Virus record (IMG/VR): IMGVR_UViG_3300043427_001127
Span: 32,001 to 96,000 of that record
Reading direction: 5' to 3' (one strand)
From: a virus
Length of the DNA: 64,000 nt
The notes under the pieces are model-generated. The model was not told where the DNA came from. It searched no databases and worked only from the letters and a program-made list of their open reading frames with translations. Position numbers and translations under genes: made by a program. Positions 56,895 through 64,000 of the stretch are shown piece by piece; the first letter of the stretch is position 1; each line of letters opens with the position of its first letter.

Positions 56895-59387
56895 ATGAAG
56901 TTTTATACGAACATTGAACAGGCGGGGAATCGCATCCTCGTTCGTGGTTATGAGAAAGGTGAGCGAGTTCAGTATCGTGTAAACTACAATCCTAAACTGT
57001 ATGTGCTTAGTAATAAGCAGACAGACCACAAGAGTCTGGATGGGCGTTTCCTTAAGGAAATCTCTCCAGGCTCTATTAATGATTGTAGGCAGTTTATTAA
57101 TCAGTATGAGGGTGTGGAAGGATTTGAAATCCATGGAAATACTAGATACTTGTATCAGTATATCAACGAAGCATATTCCGATGATGAGATTCGTTTCGAT
57201 TCTTCCCTCATTCGCACATTTACTCTGGATATTGAAACTGGAGCAGAAAACGGTTTCCCTGATATTGAATCAGCAGACCAAGAGATTCTTCTTATTTCTC
57301 TCCGTGATTCTTTTACAAACAGGATCACTGTCTGGGGATCAAAGAGTTTCCAGAATGAAGACCGACAGGTTGATTACATCCATTGTAACGATGAGACGAA
57401 ACTCCTTTCGTGCTTCCTCAAATGGTGGCAGGAGAATACCCCCGACGTAATCACTGGTTGGAACGTTCAGCTATTCGATATGCCATACATCTGCCGACGT
57501 ATGGATAGGATTCTTGGTGAGGATCATACTAAACTTCTATCGCCATGGAAACTAATCTCATCGCGTGAGATTTTTATCAAGGGTCGCAAACAGATTGCAT
57601 ATGATATTCCTGGCATTGCCACGTTGGATTACCTTGAACTCTACAAGAAGTTCACATACACCAACCAAGAATCATATCGCCTTGATCATATCGCATCTGT
57701 AGAACTTGATGCCAAGAAACTTGACCACTCTGAGTTTGATACTTTCAAAGAGTTCTACACTAAGGACTGGGACAAGTTTGTTAAGTACAACATCCATGAC
57801 GTTCGCCTTGTTGATCAACTTGATGACAAGATGAAGTTATTGGAACTCGCTTTTACTATGGCATATGATGCCAAAGTAAACTACGAAGATGTTTATTCTC
57901 AGGTGCGTATGTGGGACAACATCATTTTCATCTATCTGGCGAAGATGGGTATTGTCATTCCCCCCAAGAAAGATAGCACAAAGGATGCCAAGTATGCTGG
58001 TGCATATGTGAAAGAACCTGTGCCTGGCATGTACGATTGGATCGTAAACTTTGACTTGAACTCCCTGTACCCACACCTGATCATGCAGTACAACCTGTCC
58101 CCTGAGACCCTCCTACCGCGCCGTAGCAGCGTCAACGTGGACATGCTGCTGGACAAGGCATTCGATACCAGCGACCTCGTAGGGGAGACTCTGTGCGCCA
58201 ATGGGACACACTACACCACCAAGCAGCAGGGGTTTCTCCCCAAGCTCATGGAGAAGATCTATGAGGATCGCACCATCTATAAGAAGAAGATGATTGCTGC
58301 CAAGCAGCAGTATGAGAAGACTCCAACGATTGAGTTGAAGAAAGAGATTGCCCGCTGTAATAACATTCAGATGGCACGAAAGATTCAACTCAACTCTGCT
58401 TATGGTGCTATCGGTAACGAGCACTTCCGCTATTACAAACTTGAAATCGCTGAGGCAATCACTCTTTCTGGTCAGCTATCTATTCGCTGGATTGAGAAGA
58501 AGATGAATGCCTATCTCAATAAAGTTCTAAAGACAAAGGATGTTGATTATGTTATTGCTTCAGATACTGATTCCATGTATCTTAATCTCGGTCCTCTGGT
58601 TGAGACTGTATACAAGGGAAGAGAGAAAACTGCTGAGAGCATTGTTACGTTCCTTGATAAGGTCGCTTCTATGGAACTTGAGAAGTTTATTGAAAGTTCT
58701 TACCAAGAACTGGCCGACTATCTCAAGGCATACGACCAGAAAATGAAGATGAAGCGTGAGAACATTGCTGAGCGTGGTTTTTGGACTGCCAAGAAACGCT
58801 ATGTTCTTAACGTCTGGGATAGCGAAGGTGTGCGTTATGCCAAACCTAAGATGAAAATCTGTGGTATGGAAACTGCACGTTCTTCCACCCCAGCTTACTA
58901 CCGTGACAAACTGGAACAGGCATATCGTATCATTGTTACTAAAACAAATGAGGATGTGCTGGACTTCATTAATGAAATCAAGGAAGACACCAAGAAGCAG
59001 AACTATCTCAACATTGCTTTCCCTCGTGGTTGTAATGGTCTGAAGAAGTATCGCAGTGCTGCTGACATCTATGCTAAGGGCACTCCTATTCAAGTACGCG
59101 GTGCGTTGCTCTACAACTATTACATTCGTAAAAACAACCTAGAGCATAAGTATCCAATCATCCAAGAAGGTGAGAAGATTAAGTTCATCTATCTGAAGAC
59201 ACCAAACCCTATCCGCGAGAATGTCATTTCGTTCTTTCAACAACTGCCGAAGGAACTGAACCTTGACAAATACATTGATTACACGCTACAATTTGAGAAG
59301 AGTTTCTTTGAACCGCTGAAGAACGTGCTAGAATGCATCGGTTGGCAAGCGGAACGTAAAGGCAGTTTAAGTAGTTTTTTCTTTTGA
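56895..59387 (+). CDS. gp43: Family B DNA polymerase gp43
   Basis: Exonuclease DIET; DLNSLYPH, KIQLNSAYG, ASDTDS, KKRY; no intein or intron. Confidence 0.98.
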   Translation: MKFYTNIEQAGNRILVRGYEKGERVQYRVNYNPKLYVLSNKQTDHKSLDGRFLKEISPGSINDCRQFINQYEGVEGFEIHGNTRYLYQYINEAYSDDEIRFDSSLIRTFTLDIETGAENGFPDIESADQEILLISLRDSFTNRITVWGSKSFQNEDRQVDYIHCNDETKLLSCFLKWWQENTPDVITGWNVQLFDMPYICRRMDRILGEDHTKLLSPWKLISSREIFIKGRKQIAYDIPGIATLDYLELYKKFTYTNQESYRLDHIASVELDAKKLDHSEFDTFKEFYTKDWDKFVKYNIHDVRLVDQLDDKMKLLELAFTMAYDAKVNYEDVYSQVRMWDNIIFIYLAKMGIVIPPKKDSTKDAKYAGAYVKEPVPGMYDWIVNFDLNSLYPHLIMQYNLSPETLLPRRSSVNVDMLLDKAFDTSDLVGETLCANGTHYTTKQQGFLPKLMEKIYEDRTIYKKKMIAAKQQYEKTPTIELKKEIARCNNIQMARKIQLNSAYGAIGNEHFRYYKLEIAEAITLSGQLSIRWIEKKMNAYLNKVLKTKDVDYVIASDTDSMYLNLGPLVETVYKGREKTAESIVTFLDKVASMELEKFIESSYQELADYLKAYDQKMKMKRENIAERGFWTAKKRYVLNVWDSEGVRYAKPKMKICGMETARSSTPAYYRDKLEQAYRIIVTKTNEDVLDFINEIKEDTKKQNYLNIAFPRGCNGLKKYRSAADIYAKGTPIQVRGALLYNYYIRKNNLEHKYPIIQEGEKIKFIYLKTPNPIRENVISFFQQLPKELNLDKYIDYTLQFEKSFFEPLKNVLECIGWQAERKGSLSSFFF

Positions 59388-59393
59388 GGTATT

Positions 59394-60416
59394 ATGAGTT
59401 TCTTACAATCTGTTATTAAGGAGTTAGATAATGAGTTCGCAAGCGTGGTTGAAGATGGAGTCGCTGCTGGTGACTGTGAATCGTTCGTTGATACTGGTAG
59501 CTTCATTCTCAATGCTCTTATTTCTGGGAGCATTTATGGTGGACTGCCTGCAAACAAAATCACAGCCCTCGCGGGGGAATCCTCAACTGGTAAAACTTTT
59601 TTTGCGCTCTCAATCGTAAAACACTTTCTGAATAATAACCCTGATGCTCAGGTGATTTACTTTGAAACTGAATCAGCTGTCTCTAAAGACATGATGGTTT
59701 CTCGTGGCATTGATGTTAAGCGTGTGGGTCTTGTGCCTGTGTCCACCGTACAAGAGTTTCGTACCCAGTCTATCAAGGTGGTAGACGAGTACATGAAACT
59801 GAAGAAAGAGGATAGACCTCCGCTGCTTTTTGTGCTAGACTCCTTAGGGATGCTTTCTACCACGAAGGAGATTGACGATGCCACTGCTGGCAAGGAGACA
59901 CGCGACATGACTCGCGCTCAGGTGATTAAATCTATCTTTAGGATTCTATCACTCAAGCTAGGTCAAGCGGGTATTCCTCTTATCGTTACCAACCATACAT
60001 ATGAAGTGGTGGGTGCTTATGTGCCAACTAAAGAAATGGGCGGTGGTACTGGTCTCAAATATTCTGCCTCAACTATTCTCTTCCTGTCTAAGAAGAAAGA
60101 GAAGGATGGCACTGAAGTTGTAGGTAACATTATCAAAGTGAAGGCACAGAAGTCGCGCTTCACCAAAGAAAACTCAGACATCGAGACGAGGTTATTCTAT
60201 GACGCACGGGGACTGGACAAGTATTATGGACTACTGGAGTTGGGTGAGAAGTACGGAGTATTCCAACGTAAGGGGAATCGCGTGGTTGTTGGGGAATCTT
60301 CCGTTTATCCTTCTGTTATCCTTGCCGATCCTCAGAAGTATTTCACGCCCGAAGTGATGCAAGCCCTAGATGAGTGTGCCCGTAAAGAGTTTCTATATGG
60401 AGTAGCGGATGAGTGA
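59394..60416 (+). CDS. uvsX: RecA-like recombinase UvsX
   Basis: [25 protein letters not shown]. Confidence 0.97.
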   Translation: MSFLQSVIKELDNEFASVVEDGVAAGDCESFVDTGSFILNALISGSIYGGLPANKITALAGESSTGKTFFALSIVKHFLNNNPDAQVIYFETESAVSKDMMVSRGIDVKRVGLVPVSTVQEFRTQSIKVVDEYMKLKKEDRPPLLFVLDSLGMLSTTKEIDDATAGKETRDMTRAQVIKSIFRILSLKLGQAGIPLIVTNHTYEVVGAYVPTKEMGGGTGLKYSASTILFLSKKKEKDGTEVVGNIIKVKAQKSRFTKENSDIETRLFYDARGLDKYYGLLELGEKYGVFQRKGNRVVVGESSVYPSVILADPQKYFTPEVMQALDECARKEFLYGVADE

Positions 60417-61794
60417 GAGAATCGAAACAACTATACTACGCAACCTTCTGTGCAACGAACAGTTCTACAGGAAGGTTGTTCCTTTTGTAAAACCAGATTA
60501 CTTTAATGAGATTCACGAACGTGTAATCTATGAAGAGGTCTGGAACTTCGCAAGCACCTATGAGCTGGTGCCTACGAAGGAAGTATTAACTATCAACCTT
60601 GAAGCAAGAAAAGATTTAAATGAGGAAGTATATCAAAACGCGGTTAAAACGATTGCTGAACTTAGTGACTCACCAATCGAATACAACTGGTTGCTCGACA
60701 CCACAGAGAAGTGGTGTAAGGACAGAGCAATCTATCTTGCTCTCCTCGACTCAATCAAGATCGCGGATGGAGGTAATACAAAAATATCAAAAGATGCGAT
60801 CCCAGCAATCCTTCAAGAGGCCCTGGCAGTATCGTTCGACGAACATGTAGGTCACGATTATCTAGAGAATAGTGTTGAGCGATATGAGTTCTACCATCGT
60901 GAGGAAGATAAGATTCCTTTCCACCTTGAATACTTCAATAAGATTACCAAAGGTGGTCTGCCAAACAAGACTCTTAACGTAGCTCTTGCTGGTACTGGTG
61001 TAGGTAAGTCACTCTTCATGTGTGACCTTGCCGCTCATTGTTTGTCGATGGGTCGCAACGTTCTCTATATCACTATGGAAATGGCAGAAGAAAAGATTGC
61101 CGAACGTATTGATGCTAACCTGTTTAACGTCAATATCAAAGACCTGATTGATTTGCCTGAGACAATCTTTCAAAGTCGCATCAATGAACTGAAGCGTAAA
61201 ACTGCTGGTCGTCTTATCATCAAGGAATATCCAACAGCATCGGCACACGTTGGGCATTTCAAATCTCTTTTGAATGAACTGCAACTGAAGAAAACATTTA
61301 AACCTGATATTATCTTTATCGACTACCTTAACATCTGTGCTTCCGCTCGATATAAGGGAGCTATTGTAAACTCTTACACATATGTCAAGGCAATCGCAGA
61401 GGAACTCAGAGGATTGGCAGTGGAACACAACGTACCACTTGTCTCTGCTACACAAACTACAAGGTCTGGGTTTGGTAATAGTGATGTCGATCTCACTGAT
61501 ACCAGTGAGTCCTTTGGTCTCCCTGCTACTGCTGACTTCATGTTTGCTCTCATCGCTACAGAGGATTTGGAGAAAGATGGGAAGATAATGGTGAAGCAGT
61601 TGAAGAACAGATACAATGACCCTACCATGTATAAGCGTTTCCTTGTTGGGGTTGACAGAGCACGTATGAAGCTCTATAATGTTGATAACGCCGTTGACTT
61701 ATCCTCTGATAAAGAAGAGGAGTATGACTTTGAAGAAATGGCGGCGGAACAAAGTCGAAACACACAAAACAAGTTTACCAGTTTTATTTTATGA
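60409..61794 (+). CDS. gp41: Replicative helicase gp41
   Basis: [40 protein letters not shown]. Confidence 0.97.
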   Translation: MSERIETTILRNLLCNEQFYRKVVPFVKPDYFNEIHERVIYEEVWNFASTYELVPTKEVLTINLEARKDLNEEVYQNAVKTIAELSDSPIEYNWLLDTTEKWCKDRAIYLALLDSIKIADGGNTKISKDAIPAILQEALAVSFDEHVGHDYLENSVERYEFYHREEDKIPFHLEYFNKITKGGLPNKTLNVALAGTGVGKSLFMCDLAAHCLSMGRNVLYITMEMAEEKIAERIDANLFNVNIKDLIDLPETIFQSRINELKRKTAGRLIIKEYPTASAHVGHFKSLLNELQLKKTFKPDIIFIDYLNICASARYKGAIVNSYTYVKAIAEELRGLAVEHNVPLVSATQTTRSGFGNSDVDLTDTSESFGLPATADFMFALIATEDLEKDGKIMVKQLKNRYNDPTMYKRFLVGVDRARMKLYNVDNAVDLSSDKEEEYDFEEMAAEQSRNTQNKFTSFIL

Positions 61795-62195
61795 CGATTG
61801 ATTTTAATAAGTATATTGAGTTTGTTGGTGCCGTCACCAGCCCTGCATCCCGAGATACCAGTGAGTTTGTTGCTCGCGTCAATGAACTAAAATCTCAAGG
61901 TGTAGACATTCAACGTCTGATGACTGCTGCTTGTGGTATTACTGCTGAAGGTGGTGAGTTCACTGAGATTGTGAAGAAGATTGCCTTCCAAGGCAAACCT
62001 TATAATGAAGATAATATCTTTCATATGAAACGCGAACTGGGTGATATTCTTTGGTATATTGCTCAAGCATGTATCGCTCTCGATATTTCTTTTGAGGAGA
62101 TTGCTCAAATGAACTTTGAGAAACTAACTGCTCGATACCCTGAAGGAACCTTTAGTATTGAGCGAAGTGAAAACCGAGTTGCCAACGACCTTTGA
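61791..62195 (+). CDS. mazG: MazG-family nucleotide pyrophosphohydrolase
   Basis: EGGEF.EIVKK..FQGKP...ELGDILWY...N.EKL..RYP. Confidence 0.93.
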   Translation: MTIDFNKYIEFVGAVTSPASRDTSEFVARVNELKSQGVDIQRLMTAACGITAEGGEFTEIVKKIAFQGKPYNEDNIFHMKRELGDILWYIAQACIALDISFEEIAQMNFEKLTARYPEGTFSIERSENRVANDL

Positions 62196-62200
62196 TATAT

Positions 62201-62231
62201 GCCTCTCCTAAATAACTAGGGGAGGTTTTTT
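62201..62231 (+). promoter_or_regulatory. Terminator/RBS-sequestering hairpin with a late promoter across its 5' arm and loop
   Basis: GCCTCTCCTA-aataac-TAGGGGAGGT plus T-run; CTAAATA 62208-62214; GGAGG 62221-62225. Confidence 0.7.
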
Positions 62232-62234
62232 CTT

Positions 62235-63524
62235 ATGGCAAATCTAACTTGGGGTCAGTTCGCTAAAAGAAATCGTTTTGAAAATAATATAACGGTTCTT
62301 TACAATCGAGCTAAAAATAACGAACCAATGCACTTTGTCGATAAGCACGGCAACATCAATGGAGATGGTATGAAGTTGTATGCAAAATATTTGCATATGG
62401 CGATACCTAATATTAAGAATGGTAGATTAGTTGCAAACAAAAAATCTATAGATAGATCTTTTAATCTTGGTAAAGGTAATAACTCTTTCCGCAGTGCTAC
62501 TGCATTATTACAAGCAATATATAGAGAAGGTGTTCCTAGACGAGTAGTTATGTCTGGGGCATTTAATCAGTTTCCAGTAGAGATATCTTTAAGTGAAACT
62601 AAAACAGGAACTCGTTATGCTCTTAGTCATTTTCTTAAAGACTTTGATTTTGGTGGGCAACTAGCTCCAGGTCAATCTATACAAGTTAACTGGGGGTTAC
62701 TTGGATATTGGGTAAATGAACATGGCATGAGATATAAACTGAATGTTCCTTCCATTAAAGAAAGGGGAGAGTTAGATTTACTTACTACTCTCAACAAAGC
62801 AATCATGTCTATTGTTGAACACAGAGGCATGTCTTTTGCTGATGGTATTACTATAAGTGTTGGCGAAAATAATCCAAAAACATATACTAATATTGTTGGA
62901 TTTAATAAGCAAGAGGGACAAGTTAAAGCTGATATTGTCATGGTTCAGAAAGACGGAAATACACTAAAGGACGTTGCTTGGTTTTCTCATAAGGAAGGTT
63001 CCAGGGCAAATCATTTTCAGCAATGGGGTGGAGTTTCTCACTTTTTGAATGATAAGGATGAAACTTTAGATGTGTTTCCCGAGATTAGAAAGTTTGGTGA
63101 TTATATGAAACAGATTTGTGGGCGAGGAGGTCTGTATGATTTTACTACTCCAGCGGGAAAAGGATTTACTGCGATGATGGATATCGAAGACAATGCATTA
63201 AAAATGCAATCTGTTTATGGTAAAGATTTTAGTCCTGGCGCAAACTTCGGCAAGTCAAACTGCACTGGTGTCCTCCAGGGTGATGCATCTATTGTGAGGA
63301 ATGGAAATGATAAGTATAAGTTGCAGATGAGTGCTCATGCCCACATAAATCCTTATGTGATGACTGGTGGATATGATCCAGTTCTTATGATAATATACAA
63401 GGGTGATCGAAATGATCTTGGGATCCCAGGTGCTAGGGTGGTTGTGCAACCGAGGGAAAGTCGCACCGCCAAATTTATTGTAACCAAAGACCGTAACGGA
63501 AACTACCAAATGAATCCAGCATGA
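62235..63524 (+). CDS. Hypothetical protein with a PD-(D/E)XK-like nuclease C-terminal domain
   Basis: 429 aa; E..E...KADIV...WFSHKEG...FQQWGG. Confidence 0.6.
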   Translation: MANLTWGQFAKRNRFENNITVLYNRAKNNEPMHFVDKHGNINGDGMKLYAKYLHMAIPNIKNGRLVANKKSIDRSFNLGKGNNSFRSATALLQAIYREGVPRRVVMSGAFNQFPVEISLSETKTGTRYALSHFLKDFDFGGQLAPGQSIQVNWGLLGYWVNEHGMRYKLNVPSIKERGELDLLTTLNKAIMSIVEHRGMSFADGITISVGENNPKTYTNIVGFNKQEGQVKADIVMVQKDGNTLKDVAWFSHKEGSRANHFQQWGGVSHFLNDKDETLDVFPEIRKFGDYMKQICGRGGLYDFTTPAGKGFTAMMDIEDNALKMQSVYGKDFSPGANFGKSNCTGVLQGDASIVRNGNDKYKLQMSAHAHINPYVMTGGYDPVLMIIYKGDRNDLGIPGARVVVQPRESRTAKFIVTKDRNGNYQMNPA

Positions 63525-64000
63525 GCAAGAATACTCACCTAGAGCATTTAGAAGACAGCATTCTCTTTGATGGTCAAGAGGGTGCTAAAGATGCATTTGC
63601 ATTTCTTGATGCTCTCACCAAAACTTTTAGTGGAACTCAAACAAGTAACTTTAAAATTACTACTAAGTGGGACGGTGCTCCTGCTGTGATCTGTGGTGAA
63701 GATCCTGAAAACCGAGATTTCTTTGTTGGAACTAAATCTGTTTTTAATAAAACAGAACCAAAGATTAACTATACTGATTATCATATTGAAGCAAACCACG
63801 GCAACTCTTCTGGTCTGGTGGATAAACTCAAAGTAGCATTAGAACATTTTCCTAAACTCGGCATCAAAGGAATCATTCAGGGAGATTTGTTATTTACTGA
63901 TGATGCCAAAGAGGAGAAGATTGATGGTGTAGATTATCTTACCTTCACTCCAAACACTATCACCTACGCTATTCCCAAAGGAACGGAAGCATACAAGAAA
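63521..64000 (+). CDS. DUF6267-like protein with a KxDG ligase/nucleotidyltransferase-like motif (partial, runs off the window)
   Basis: Hand translation: MSKNTHLEHLED...ITTKWDGAPA...FFVGTKSVFNK...IIQGDLLF...TPNTITY; ATGA overlap with the previous stop. Confidence 0.8.
   Translation, partial: MSKNTHLEHLEDSILFDGQEGAKDAFAFLDALTKTFSGTQTSNFKITTKWDGAPAVICGEDPENRDFFVGTKSVFNKTEPKINYTDYHIEANHGNSSGLVDKLKVALEHFPKLGIKGIIQGDLLFTDDAKEEKIDGVDYLTFTPNTITYAIPKGTEAYKK

Noticed and set aside
56895-61794. Introns or inteins in gp43, uvsX, gp41 (also gp17, gp20, gp23)
   Set aside because: All are continuous and of ordinary length, with no splicing motifs

Overview
This 64-kb window is the conserved core of a T4-like cyanomyovirus. 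All credible genes are on the + strand, and a freshwater Synechococcus/Cyanobium-type host is inferred only from gene content (cobS/cobT-like, hsp20, mazG). 1-26.7 kb is an accessory virion-appendage region: a 359-aa protein, a 3006-aa repeat protein, a 2194-aa mosaic protein, two Mtd_N-headed proteins and a 1771-aa CBM/beta-helix fibre. 26.7-42.4 kb is the neck/terminase/tail/head module (gp13-gp23, gp3). 42.4-62.2 kb holds recombination, transcription and replication genes (uvsY, uvsW, gp55, gp47/46, cobT-like/cobS, gp45/44/62, dam, regA, hsp20, gp43, uvsX, gp41, mazG). The window ends in a late-controlled nuclease-like gene and a partial KxDG (ligase-like) gene. No tRNA, CRISPR, intron, intein or reverse transcriptase was seen. 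The most notable candidates are: (i) a 'bead + giant repeat thread' fibre system carrying a cleanly inserted Reelin-like domain; (ii) a ROSE-like RNA thermometer on phage hsp20; (iii) terminator/late-promoter/RBS hairpin switches; (iv) a perfect antisense sigma70 promoter back-to-back with the gp55 promoter; (v) strict avoidance of TTA/CTA/TCA codons in the cobT-like/cobS genes. All family assignments come from motif recognition, not from database searches.
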